The translations under genes and the position numbers were made by a program. A DNA stretch of 64,000 bases from positions 1-64,000 of the forward strand of contig JAQGDQ010000267.1 in the NCBI GenBank assembly GCA_030141605.1, read 5' to 3'. The stretch is from Tubiluchus corallicola (taxonomy: Eukaryota; Animalia; Priapulida). Shown here piece by piece: positions 28,729 to 56,000 of the stretch (its first letter is position 1; each line of letters opens with the position of its first letter). The notes below the pieces were generated by a model. That model searched no databases. It saw nothing but the letters and a program-made list of their open reading frames with translations, and was not told the origin of the DNA.

Positions 28729-30790
28729 ATGAAACAAAAACAATGCAGAACAAAATCTAGTAATGAAGTAGGTCACGTAGCGGGCGATGTCTCAAACAAC
28801 AGATCGATAACCTCTGACACATTAGCTAAGCGTGTAACATGGCCCAAATGCAAAACAGCAGTTAAAGATGATGACAAAGGTGTATTATGTGAAATATGCA
28901 AAAGATGGTTCCACACTTCGCGTGTCAGTGTGAGTGATATATTGTATGATGTACTGATGAATGATGAGAATGAGATCCATTGGTACTGCAGGCTGCTAAA
29001 GATTTACATAAAAAGCCTGGATGTAAGAATGTTTATGCTAATCCTGATCTCACCTGACTTGAACGTGAAGAAAACAAAAAGCTAGTCACTAAACTAAAGT
29101 CAAGAAGGGCCAAAAGAGGAAATGTTAAAATACATAAGAATCAAATAGTTAACATCGAAGAAGCTAATACTACATGCTCTCCTAAAGTAAATTCTTCTGA
29201 CTGCATTCTGCAGTCATGCAGCAACAAGCTAGAAGTGAAACGGCAGCATTTGCAGAAGGCAATGGTGAACCGATTTCCATGTCAAATGCAAATGACACAG
29301 AATCTGTCATAAGTGAATTTGATGCTTCAGAACATTTACATGAAGATGATGCTGATGCAGGATCAAATAAAAAGACGTCACCTAAAATCCGCTTGCTATC
29401 TGAACTAAATCAACAGCAACAACGAACTATTATCAGTCCTAGTAATAAAACTTCAACTATCACGGGAATGACAAATCAGTTTTTAACACCACTGCTAACT
29501 CGCTTAAAGTCGGTCGTTACAAAAAAAAGTGACAGGTAAACAGTCTGTAAATAGTGTAAATAGATTTAATAATAGTGTGTGTACTAATACTGCAAAATTA
29601 AAAGTGAAAGACAGTGTAAAAACCGGTGCAGACAAACAAAAAAGCAAAAAGTGCAACTATGGCTCATTAAGAAAACTAAACCCTAATAAAACTGTAAAGC
29701 TGTTGTTTTCAAATGTTGATTGCCTAACAAATAAAGTGCAGTAAATTAAAATGAGGTTCCTCAAGTTAAAACCTGACATGATCTTCTTGTCTGAGATAAA
29801 TCCGAAAATGTTAGATATTCTTTGCAACACTCTGAATTGATTCCGCCAGAATATATGTTCAGCAATTTGGATGGAAGAGGCATCGTCCTTAACGTGAGAT
29901 ATACTTTGGCACCAATCCAAGTTACGAACTTATCAAATATTTTCACCTCCTCATTGTGGGGTAAGATTTTTCTGCAAAGTGGTAAAGAAGTGTAGCTTGG
30001 AGGCATATACCGAATTCCATCATCTTGTCATAAGGAAAATGAAAACCTGAAAACCTATTGACATTGCTGGTACTGAAAGTTGTGTGTGGAGATTTCAATT
30101 TTAGTAAGTAAAATTGGAGTACGTGGAATGCTCCTACACCAGAAATTAGTTGAGAACAAATTTTTGAATACTCTATGTGATGAATATATATGTGTATTCT
30201 TAAATTTAGACAGTATGCCTAAATTTCAAACACATATAAATAACGTTGTTAATAAAGCACATGGGACACTGACCTTAATCAAACATAGTTTTTCTTATCT
30301 TGATGGATCTATGATGACCAAGCTACACAAACCAATGGTTTGCCCTATATTTGATTATGGCGATGTGATATGCTCGTCAAAACATAAGGAAAATTGAATG
30401 TATACAACGTCGAGCTACTAAACTCGTACCTGCTGTTTCTCTTTTAAAAAAGATGTTGCAAGACTTAAAAAGAGGCTGTGCAACTTCTGAAGCACAGACG
30501 CAAAAGACAAGATTTAATTCAAACATTTTGTGTCCTTAAAAGTACAGAAACCATCAACAGCAAAATATTTTTCCATCGACAAACATATCATGGTACCAGA
30601 TGTCACTCCTACAAACAGTTCCCAAAGCTGGAGCAGAAGGAGGTTCACATATGTAAGGCGATTAATAAGGAATGGAACATGCTGCCTGACACTGTAGTTC
30701 AAGCCTCCAATGATGTCCAGTTTAAGATTCGTCTCGATAGACACTGGAAATGCAAACCAAAAAAATATAGATCCCAAGTTTCCACAATGG
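28729..30790 (+). mobile_element. CR1-like LINE relic (PHD-finger ORF1, endonuclease start, RT C-terminus)
   Basis: ORF1 PHD-like CKTAVKDDDKGVLCEICKRWFH...HWYCRL; endonuclease start LLFSNVDCLTNK...KPDMIFLSEI; C-terminal HINNVVNKA...L.LIKHSFSYLD...MVCPIFDYG, IQRRATKLVP, RRKRQDLIQTF, WNMLPDTVVQA...FKIRLD. Many stops and a large internal deletion. Confidence 0.85.
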
Positions 30791-31127
30791 CAACAGAAAA
30801 TCTTGTGTCGCACTTCATGATCGCAGTGCGGCCACCTATTTTCTTCATTTTTATTTTTAATAAAGTAAACAAGGAAGAGTGGAGAGGTCCATAAGCGGTT
30901 TATGCTTGACCTCTATCCTTTGACAGTAACGGTAACGAGAGAAAATCCCTCTACACAAAAAGAGGTGCATTTAATGAAATATTCTAAGTATGGGTCAGTC
31001 ATATAAGGCCAACCGTAAGTCCGCAAAAGAATATTAGTATTAAATCAGTAACAAATATAACAATTTTCTAAGCATCCACGACTGAACAATATAATATAAA
31101 AACGTCTAAAATAAAGCAATTAAGGAC

Positions 31128-31450
31128 GGCCAATCACATCCACAAAAACACCCAAATGACACAGTAAGAACTTCCACAATATCAACGAATACAAATCTGT
31201 CACGTTAAAACTTAAAACGGATAATCGAAAGAAGGAAACGGAACCAAAATTTGCAGCTGCACTAAACATCCGGCGCTTTACAGTTACGTAGAACTAAGAC
31301 ATAATAATTATTTCATTCACAGTTTGTATGCTTACAGTAAAACAAAAAAATATGGCACCATTAAAAGAATATTTGTTCTTACTTGTTCAAGAATTATTAT
31401 TTTCACACAATATTTATTATTTTTTGATATTACTACGCGTTTCCCGCGCT
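31128..31450. promoter_or_regulatory. MCM2 promoter region: CCAAT, ETS-like, MCB and E2F sites
   Basis: CCAAT at 31130-31134; ETS-like CCGGATGT (minus strand) at 31266-31273; ACGCGT at 31435-31440 overlapping E2F consensus TTTCCCGC at 31440-31447, about 80 bp upstream of the predicted MCM2 ATG. Confidence 0.65.
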
Positions 31451-31527
31451 TTTGTGACACACGTGTTTTGTGTTTTGTTAATGCTTTTGGGGTTTTTTCG
31501 ATAGTTTATTTATTTTTTTTAGATTTT

Positions 31528-44712
<13,185 letters not shown>

Positions 44713-47046
44713 TGTTTGTACAGAGACTTGTCAGAAGAAAGTGTGTTCGCAGCTAATGTGTCGGACAAAGCATTGATTTCGAATGTGACAGGCGAGAGTA
44801 GTGACATTGCTTTTGAGCTGAACATTGTCAATGGTGTACATAGTACAGTTATTCTTGATAACAACTACAAATGTGATAACCTTCCTGATTTTATTTATGT
44901 TATCAATGGAAATCGTTTCTGTGAGTGTATAAAGTTTGAAGTCTCAGCATTCAAGCCATTATAGAGGCCAACAGATGAATTGATATTTAATGTATCTACA
45001 CTTTGGAAAGATGCTGTTAAAATAGAACTAGATGCAAGTGTCAGCATTCGTGTAGCAAATCATGCAATTTCTAATCCTAATGTTTTAATGCATGTAATTA
45101 TCAAATTGAATTTTTTCTTTTAATACCATTTGCTTGTAATACCGTTTTGGTGAAAATTGGATGAATTGGTGACTGATTTCTAAAGTTGGAATACAATTGA
45201 TGGACTGTGCTTTCCGTAATGGAAGTACCATTTGCACTTCACAAATGTTTCGAAAATTGGGTTGGCATAGATTTTTTGGAATGACAAAATTGAAGAAGAT
45301 TTTTCCGTTTAATTGGGTTGACCTTAGTTCTTGTCCAAAATTGCATGGCTTGTTTTTGGGGTATAGTAATATCGGGTTATGAGTAAGTGTTCACTACGCC
45401 TAATTGTCTGAGTTGGACTTCAAAATTAATAACATTTGGTTTTTTAATGAAACTAATTTGAAAGTCAATTTGCATGCATCTTAAGTTGGTTTTTGTATTG
45501 AGACTGCTGTACTATTGTGAGAGCTATAATTGAATAATCATTTGCATACAAATATACTTGCCTGGAACAGTTACTTTGAAAAAATATGAATATAACATAA
45601 TAATCAAGTCTAGGCGACGTCATTTAATTTGGTTCAAACGTGCAAATAATGTTGAAAATGAGAACTCCCAAGTGATATGCACAGATAAGTGGTTACAGAT
45701 GATTTGCACAATCATAATTTATTTACAGTTCACGCATGCTTATCAGTTATATCTTCAACTAAATGTAGGTCCCACAAGACTTAAAAGTAAAACAAGGGAA
45801 GTTTTTGATATAGCTAAAAAGAGCCATTTACTAATGACAGAAAATTCTGTAACGTTTGTACCTAAAAAATCTGCGTTCTGTTTGAAAAGTTGCAAACAGG
45901 TGAAACTGAACAAAATTTTAAGCTACACAGAATTATTCTTAGTGCTGTATCTATAATGTATGCTGTAACTGAATGTCCTGAAATGAATTATACCAGTTAT
46001 TAGTAAACTGTTTGGTCATTAAACTGCCAAGTGAAAAACATATTTAGAAATTAATGATGGCAAAGTTTTTTTTAAATAATAGTTGTTTTGTGCATAATAT
46101 TAAAAAATGAACTAGACTGAGGCAACATGATTGGGACTTTAAAATGATTGCCAATAAGATTCACATGCAGGTGTTCTAAAATCAGATGAAAAATGTCCTC
46201 CTAATAATGTGCTGTTGCTTTCAAAATACTGGATAAGTTTCCAAATAAATAATGATTCGTTAAGTTCTGTTCAATGTTATATGCAAAAATGAGTTCGTCG
46301 TGGAACATGCTACAGGAATATCTGCATAAATGCCTGCATTTACATAATATATGGTCTACTTTCATAATGCTTTTTTTATTCTCTCTCATGCAAGCAATAA
46401 TTTATTAAAATTGTAATATACTCTTATTCAGATGTTACCAAATTATTATGAAGTTGCACAAATTTAGCTTTTAAACTAGCACACTAATGCATGCACATTG
46501 TGTCCTATTTTCACTTATCTAACATGAATTTAAGTACCATTAAAAATCAAAAAGAAATAAAAAGTACATTTTTTATTGATATTGGAAAAGCAAGAGACAC
46601 ATACGAGCTGCAAATCAAATTACATCTAATATGATCCTCTAAAAATAAATCGTGTGTTTGTTTACAACAATATCTTCTAAAAACTGTGAAAAACAGGTGT
46701 GTGTTTGTATTGTATAATGTATATATATATATTATATGTGTACATGAATTTAAAAAAAAATCACAGGACATAATGATCTTTTTTGTCGAAAATTGTAGTA
46801 CATACAAACAGTATATAAAGAGCCTATAAAAACTCGCACACTAATGAGTAAATAAAAAATATAGAACATACTGTGGACAATTTGAGACAATAAACAAAAC
46901 TATTTGACATTACTAAACCTCTAGCACCACAAACTATGCCTGCTTGCCACATGTTGAACACAAAACCACATTTAATTTTTAAACTGCATAGATTTTCTAA
47001 ACAAATATAATGTTGCACTGATTTCCCCATACTAAATGATAATGTC

Positions 47047-50000
47047 TTAATACCATGGCCTAGGTGGTCTTGATTGATCTGTCCTTCCTGGAGAGCCACA
47101 AGATTGGTGAGCGGTCGATGGTCTTGACTGATCTGTCCTTCCTGGAGAGCCACAACAATGGTGAGGCGTTGGTGGTCTGGACTGACCTGTCCCTGGAGAG
47201 CCACACGATCGGTGGGGTGTTGATGGCCTTGGCTGATTTATCCTTCCAGGAGAGCCACAAGATTGGTGGGCCATTGACGGCCCTGACTGTTCTGTTGTTC
47301 CAGGAGAGTCACAAGATTGGTGGTCCATTGACGGCCCTGACTGTTCTGCCCTTCCAGAAGAGTTATAAGATCTGCTGTTGGCAGTCGGTGGCTTTGAATC
47401 CATGTCACCTTTTGTTTTCACAGGAACATATCTTGCACCTTCAGTCTGGTCTTCCTTCAATGGAGCTTTCTTTGCATCGTCTATTTTAGTCCCAGCTTGC
47501 CTACTCATTTTTGTCGTTGTGGCATGATCTTTTATACTTTTGTCATCAACGTTTTGTTTCTTTTCATCAACTTTCACGGGCTCATTTCTGCACTTTTCAC
47601 TTGGAACTCTTGCTTTATTTGCTTGTGATCCTGTATCCTTTGAAGCATCACGAATGTTGTCATGAGTTCCCTGTTTGCTCATTTTTGTCGTCATGACATG
47701 ATCTTTTACATTGTCATCAACATTTTGCTTCTTTTCATCAACTTTCACGGGCTCATTTCTGCACTTTTCACCTAGAACTCTTGCTTTATTTGCTTGTGAT
47801 TCTGTATCCTTTGCAGCATCACGAATGTTGTCATGAGTTCCTTGTTTGCTCATTTTTGTCGTTGTGGCATGATCTTTTACATTGTCATCAACATTTTGTT
47901 TCTTTTCATCAACTTTCACGGGCTCATTTCTGCACTTTTCACCTGGAACTCTTGCTTTATTTGCTTGTGATTCTGTATCCTTTGCAGCATCACGAATGTT
48001 GTCATGAGTTCCTTGTTTGCTCATTTTTGTCGTCGTGGCATGATCTTTTCTACTTTTGTCATCAACGTTTTGTTTCTTTTCATCAACTTTCACGGGCTCA
48101 TTTCTGCACTTTTCACCTAGAACTCTTGCTTTATTTGCTTGTGATTCTGTATCCTTTGCAGCATCACGAATGTTGTCATGAGTTCCTTGTTTGCTCATTT
48201 TTGTCGTTGTGGCATGATCTTTTACATTGTCATCAACATTTTGTTTCTTTTCATCAACTTTCACGGGCTCATTTCTGCACTTTTCACCTGGAACTCTTGC
48301 TTTATTTGCTTGTGATTCTGTATCCTTTGCAGCATCACGAATGTTGTCATGAGTTCCTTGTTTGCTCATTTTTGTTGTCGTGGCATGATCTTTTCTACTT
48401 TTGTCATCAACGTTTTGTTTCTTTTCATCAACTTTCACGGGCTCATTTCTGCACTTTTCACCTGGAACTCTTGCTTTATTTGCTTGTGATTCTGTATCCT
48501 TTGAAGCATCACGAATGTCATCAAAATTAATGTCGTCATGAGTTCCTTTTCTGCTGCCCATTCTGGAACAGTCTACAACAACCACATTGTTGTTCAATGT
48601 TCATCAATAACAACATCATTTTTAAACTTTTATATTCTACAATTTGTTCGATAATATCTCCTAGTAGCAAACATCAGTTGCACACTGCTTACGGTTAAAT
48701 TTTATTATGTACAACAGTAAAAGGTATGTTCAAAGATTAATTATTTACTAAGATATTTGTATGTGCCAAAAGAGCCTTTCCCACTTTTATGTCATCTTTA
48801 CTTCCCTTTTGTGCACTATGTATGCTCAAACAATCATGTTAAGTACCGTTTTGTTTATAAGCAGGTACATTTATCATGCCCAAATACGCTAGCATAACAG
48901 TTTTGCTTTGAATATGTTACCCGCTCGCCCACTGTTACCCAAAGAATTTCTGGAAGCTAAACATTTCATCACTTGCCTAGCTGTTTCCTTTTGATGTTCT
49001 GTTTGCAAATCACGCTTTCAGGCTTAATCAGTTAATAGTCAAAGATGTAGGTTCAGTAATCAGCCAGTTTTCCTTGTGACTTACAAGAGTAAATATCATA
49101 CAGCGAATAAGAACAATGTAAGTGAGCAGACGATTCAGAACTGTTTTAGTCATGCACAACAACAGATTTTCAACGTTTTTATAGTTACGAGAACTTTGTG
49201 GGTCAACTTCTTCGCGAGAAAATGAAGCAGCCGACCTTGAAGGAATTTTTGTAATTTTTGCAAATAAACAGACTTAGAATAAATATCTGCGATTTAGAAA
49301 AGTATACTTTTTAACTTGCTGCTAATTCACTTATATAAATTAATATTTTAAAATATTTTTTCTAATTTTTAATGGCACAAAGGTGTTTAGGGATTAGGTT
49401 GTTTCTAAAATTCATTAAAAACCGTTGCGATGCATAGTAAGCTGCTGACCTGTAATACTACACCCATCGGTTAATAGGTATGGTCAGTTAATTGGGTCAA
49501 AACACGTCGGTCCAAAAGTGAGTCTATTAAGCGGAATTTACTGTAAATATGTATTAGCTTACAGAGCAAATTGCTGAGTTTGAGAAATTGAATTATTTCT
49601 GATGTGTTGTAAACTTTCCTTTAACTTTTCATAGATTTATGAATAACATGCATGTCCTAGTTAAATATGATATAGAATTGATATATAAGCTCCCGTGTCA
49701 TACAACTTACCTGCTGATTTTAGACTTTCTATGCTTTGAACAAATTTGAGTATTTTAATGTTCTCTGCGTCATGAATACTAACAATAGGATTATCTCCTT
49801 CATTATCACTTACATCTGTAATCATCATAAAAATGTTAATAACAGAACAATGATGGTGATTTGCAGATGCTAGTGATCGATAACTAGCGTTGATGGTGAT
49901 TATAATAAAGATGGTGATGGTGGTGATGTAACAAATAACGAAATTGCTACCTAATAACAAAAATGATGATGACGATAAAATCGCTGTTATTCACTTACAA

Positions 50001-53000
50001 AGCATCATATCACTCTGTTAGATGGGAAAATCTTGCAATGAGAAACTCTTAAGGAGAATTCAAAAATAACAACACAATGGACTTCTGTGCATGTTGAGAT
50101 ACTTGTTACTTAGAGTCCGCTGTAAAATTGTAGATTTTATAATTTACTGTACATGTACGTAAAACAATTACGATGGACTGGATGGTGTTAGTGGTCAAGG
50201 CAATCAGCTTGTATCCAACTAGTCCCAAGAGAAACCCAGGAGCTGTTCCAAGTTTTATATTTCCTCCTTTTGAACATCTCTTGCTTTGACTTGCAAATAA
50301 TAGTCACAGTTGATACGTATTATTTTAGGGATATGGTCATTACATTAGAAAATTCAATAAACTGAAAAAAATTAATATGACATTAAAGCAATCATTGATT
50401 CAGATGAACTACTCGTCAAAATCAATTTTCAAGTAACTCAGACTTACCCCAGAGAGTGACTATCTCTTTTGACGATGGCACCACTTGTACCAGTTCTCCT
50501 GAACTCTTTGTTTGCAACTTATTTTCTGATCCTTGTTTCTCTAGTTGTAGCACTTCAGTTTTTGTTCGCTGACTCTGCTTTGCAGTGGTAATATCTTCAT
50601 TTTCGCATTGCTGCACCCTTGTTTTATCTTCAATTTTGGCTTGCGAGCCATGCTTTTCAGACTTCATTTGTGGTCTTCCTTTTTCCTGCTTGGTGTCTGG
50701 GCATTGTTCTTTGTCCTGCAAATCTGTTTTTGTCTTCCCTCCTTTAATTGTGCTCTGTGAATCTTTACTAGATTTACGATGAACTTTGTCTTGCAAATCT
50801 TTACTTGAACTTTTGTCTTGAACTTTGTCCTGCGAATCTGTTTTTATCTTCCCTCCTTTAATTGTGCTCTGTGAATCTTTACTAGATTTAAGATGAACTT
50901 TGTCTTGCAAATCTTTACTTGAACTTTTGTCTTGAACTTTGTCCTGTGAATCTGTTTTTGGCTTCCCTCCTTTAATTGTGCTCTGTGAATCTTTACTAGA
51001 TTTATGATGAACTTTGTCTTGCAAATCTTTACTTGAACTTTTGTCTTGAACTTTGTCCTGCGAATCTGTTTTTATCTTCCCTCCTTTAATTGTGCTCTGT
51101 GAATCTTTACTAGATTTACGATGAACTTTGTCTTGCAAATCTTTACTTGAACTTTTGTCTTGAACTTTGTCCTGCGAATCTGTTTTTGTCTTCCCTCCTT
51201 TAATTGTGCTCTGTGAATCTTTACTAGATTGATGATGAACTTTGTCTTGCAAATCTTTACTTGAACTTTTGTCTTGAACTTTGTCCTGCGAATCTGTTTT
51301 TGTCTTCCCTCCTTTAATTGTGCTCTGTGAATCTTTACTAGATTTACGATGAACTTTGTCTTGCAAATCTTTACTTGAACTTTTGTCTTGAACTTTGTCC
51401 TGCGAATCTGTTTTTGTCTTCCCTCCTTTAATTGTGCTCTGTGATTCTTTACTAGATTTACGATGAACTTTGTCTTGCAAATCTTTACTTGAACTTTTGT
51501 CTTGAACTTTGTCCTGCGAATCTGTTTTTGTCTTCCCTCCTTTAATTGTGCTCTGTGAATCTTTACTAGATTTACGATGAACTTTGTCTTGCAAATCTTT
51601 ACTTGAACTTTTGTCTTGAACTTTGTCCTGCGAATCTGTTTTTGTCTTCCCTCCTTTAATTGTGCTCTGTGAATCTTTACTAGATTTACGATGAACTTTG
51701 TCTTGCAAATCTTTACTTGAACTTTTGTCTTGAACTTTGTCCTGCGAATCTGTTTTTGTCTTCCCTTCTTTAATTGTGCTCTGTGAATCTTTTCTTGATT
51801 GTTGTTGAATTTTATCTTGTAAATCTTTACTCGAATTTCTGTCCTGAACTTTAGGTAGCGAATCTTTACTTGAACTTTTGCCTTGAACTTTCTCTTCATT
51901 GAATTTGCTTGGAGGATAATTTTTTAATTTTTGTTGATATTTTTCTAACAAATCTTTACTTGCTCTTTTGTCCTGAATTGTGTCATGTGAATCTCTGTTC
52001 AATTGCCATTCAATTGTGCTCTGCGACTCACTTGATTTTGCTTTGTCTATCAATTCTTTATTTGCCCTTTCATCCAGAGTAATGTCATACAGAACTGTTT
52101 TAGGCTGTTCCTCAGTTTTTTTATGCTGTGAATCTCGTCTTATTTTTTCTTCGACTTGGTCAAATGAATCTTTGTGTGATCCTTTTTCCGAAGTTTTGTC
52201 ATATGAACTACTTAACTTTTCATGATCACTTTCACCTTCAGCATCTCTTTCGGACAGTTCTTTGTTTATGCTTTGTGGATCATCACCCGATAGTTTGTCT
52301 TTTCGAGTTGATTCACCCGAAACTGCTTTTAACTTTTCATCAGCAATTTTATTTTGTGAACCTGTTCCTAACCTTTCTTTAATTTTAGACAGAGGAAATG
52401 TCCCTAACTTTTCATCGTCAGTTATAACTTGGAGAGGCCTAGCATTAATTCTTTCTCGCAAAGTCCTTATTGCACTTTTGCCTTGTACAGTGTCCGGACT
52501 TTTCTCTCGAGTTTTGCTTCTTGAAAAAGCTCTCAACTTTGCTATCAAATTTCTGATTGGGAAAGGGCTGCTCGGTTTGCTTTCGTAAAAGGAGCTAGTA
52601 GAAACACAACTTAACCTATCTGCGTCTAGTGATGGAAGTCTCGATGATTCTTCTGGGATTAGACTTGGAATGCGTATTCGAGTTTCAATATCAGTTTTGC
52701 TCAGAGAAGTACTTGGCTTTTCATCACAAGGAGAACTAATTAGCCTTTCCACTGAAATGACAGCTGAACTTGGAGGTGGAGTTAGAATTGGAGATGCCAT
52801 CTTTGCTTTCTCAGTTTCATTTATTTTGTCTTTGACTACAGGCATAGCATTTAGCATTTTTTCTTGAATTTGACCTGGAAGGGTGAAGCCAATAGTTTGT
52901 TCAGATCTTAGTGTTCCTGCTTGACTTCCATGTTGTATGCTTCCCGAATTCTCTTGCAGTATTAACATCTCGGCCTGGATCCTGTTTAGAGAATCCTTCT

Positions 53001-56000
53001 CTCGCTTTTCACCTTGGTTCATACTGCGAGAAAATCTCTTCACTTGTAACATTGTCTCCTCTAAAACCTCTGTTGGATAAACATCCGGAAATGTCTCCCA
53101 CGTATGAACGTTTTCTTTCTTTGCGTCATCTTGTACTGCTGCTACTGGCGACCTGAAAACTCTGCTTAAACGTTTCCCTTTAGCAAAACCAGTTTCTTCT
53201 TTCTTGCCACCGGATATTTTTCGCCACTCTAGTAATGAAGAGCGCACTTTCAATAGGTTTGCGGTCTCCAATTTTTCTGCCGTTTCATCTTTGACCTTCA
53301 GCGCTGATGCCTTTCTATCAGCTTCTTCCATCTCGGCTAACACTTTGGCAAATGAACCTTGATCCGACGCTTCCTGTGAGATGTGGGCTGTACGATCAAA
53401 CAACTGCACTGGAAAATCTGTTCTGGAACTCGACCGATCCAGCGCTGCAACAAAAAGAAAAGTGAAAATGGCAAGAAAATAAAACCTGACACCGTAAAAT
53501 TTCGAACAAAGTTCAGCCACAGTTGCCTGTTAGGTGCAAAATACCAAAACAAGAAATATAAAAGGGCATTTACTAGACATCTGTCACGAGCTACGGAATA
53601 CACTGCATTACACATAAAGACCTCTGTACATTGTTTTCAATACACCTGTTTATCAGACGTGCGTTACTCTGTTATTTATTTTACACCTATTCTTATTAGA
53701 TTGTTTATACAGCAGCTGGATAAGGCATAATGCATTATGGATGACTGGTAACCGACGCCTAACAAATTAGATTTCTTAGAACGTCAACACAGCTATATTG
53801 ATGAAACAAGCATTACAAAAAGAACAACCCATAAACAGAATAAATGCACACATCACCCTAAAAGATGCTCATACAACAGGCGCAGATGAGAACTTCGTTT
53901 TATGGCAACACCATTAAATCATTAAAAAATCTTGGCAATGATACTAGTTTATTATAGCTCACTGCACAGTACTGCAGATTTTATGGTAAGTACACCATCA
54001 GTAATCTAAACTTGCTAGTATGCAACAGGGGCAAACAAATAAAGTTTGAATGCGACTTGTAGTTCTAGAAATGAACTGTTAACACGAAACGTTACAGAGG
54101 AAAAAACCGACTTACCAGCAAACAACCATTTCTCTTTTCTGTAAGTGAAAACCATCACGGTTGTGGTCACCAGTGCCACGAACACGAAAACGACAACAGA
54201 GATAACAATAGCGTTAAACAATACCGATTTGGTTACAACTGTAATAAAATGTTAATAAATATTAAAAGGGAAATATTAGCAGCAATACAAAAACACAATA
54301 AAGGCCCTTACAATTCTTCGCAAAGAAATAGTATATGAATAAATATGCTAATGGGGAATTAACAAACAGACAAATGAGTGAATCTACAAAAGAATGAAAA
54401 CAAAGCAAAACAATTTATACGTATGATCAGTACTGACAAGCTCAAATTAGCAGCAAAGTGTTTCCTAGGCCCAATAAATTACATGAGTCTACATGAGACA
54501 TAATGCACATTATCGTGAATCTACCAGATGGTAACATTGCTGGAAACAGCTGTCCAGCCAACGAAGCTTGAGGCCGCCAATAAATTATCCATAAATTTAA
54601 AGCATACTGCATTTGTGAAAAGAGAAACAAAGACAACAAGGTACTTAACCGTTACACAAAATCACAACAAAGGTCACTTACTAACTCTCACATGAAACTC
54701 CATGCTTCCACCACTGTTGCTCATTGCTAGTGTGTACGGATGCGCGTCTTCATCCCTGACCTTTATAACATAAAAAGCGATGTTATGGCAAATGTGTGAC
54801 ACGTTAGAGCCGAGTTGGGGAAGTCCGTGTGAACGAACACCATGGAGGTGGTCTGGTGTGATAGAGGAATGTATGTCAAGATGTTGAGAAGTATTAGATC
54901 TATTGGGGGACAGCAAGTCGATGTATTCGCCCTCCCATATCCACCTGGCTTTATTATGTGGGGGCCAGCAGCAAACTTGGAAGATGTTCTGAAAAATTCG
55001 GCCCTCTGGTTCTGTGAATTCAAGTGTAGCATTGGGCCTTAGTCTAGGCTTACCTGTAAAAGTAAACAGAAACAAATAGAAAGAAATGCATTAAAGCAAC
55101 AAGCCAAAGTCTCATAACAAACGTGTTTCTTTTCTTTACACTCACATCATTTTTTCCTGCTCTTGTAGTAACTAAAATATTAGAAAATCGTAAATGCGGC
55201 CTTAATTAACGATAGTTAATTGCTTATTTATCTAAAGAAAGCAGCTCCAATGTATGACACTTTCCAAATAACAATGGCCCTGTTAAAAAAGGAGAAAAAA
55301 CAGTATAAGTATATAACAATAATCACAATGGCAGAACAGTGACTAACTAAGAATTTTTTTAGGATTATTCCTGTAATCCCGCCTGGCATTAGTTGAGTCC
55401 AGTCCCTAAGTGATTGGCCTTTTAATTTGTAACATTATGATTAAGGAGACAAGAACAATTCCTAAACAAATTTGCAAATTCACCACTAGACCACAAATCC
55501 AATTAGAAAAGTCCCTAAAAAAATTCAAGACCAAATCAATTAATAATCGGTTAAGTTTAATTACCTTTAAATCGATTAAAAATGGTAACGAGGCACACCA
55601 CGGTGACTTATTCAATGTGCTACACAGATATGAATCTGCTTTTTCTAAAACTGCTTAAACACTATATGATTGAGGCTTAATCACAAGTTTAAATTGGCCA
55701 AGCATGGCAACGAAGCACGCTGCACGGACTTATTCATTACACTACACACAGATTGTATTACATTACACTACACATGCATTTTGTATTTTATAAAACTATT
55801 TAAATGTTGCATACGTACAAAACAGCATTACAGGTGTACTAACAGCAGAAATCTCCATGGCGACATGCACGGTATACTGGCGAACATCACTTGGCTCTGC
55901 ATCGTGTATATGAAGCTGAAGCTCGTAGCAGTTTGATCTTCTCCTGTCCTTAGCCAATATAGATGTGATTCTATCACGATTGATGCTCCCCAACGCTGTG

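Noticed and set aside
47781-48530. 249-aa antisense His/Cys/Phe-rich ORF
   Set aside because: Antisense shadow of the 171/174-bp repeat.
51072-51899. 275-aa Lys-rich alternative-frame ORF
   Set aside because: Shadow frame of the 114-bp repeat, which lacks stops; the main frame is the one in phase with the splice sites.
53445-53520. Apparent signal peptide at the start of the 1032-aa ORF (FYFLAIFTFLFVAA)
   Set aside because: It is the translated polypyrimidine tract before the acceptor at 53445-53446; the ORF start is not an ATG.
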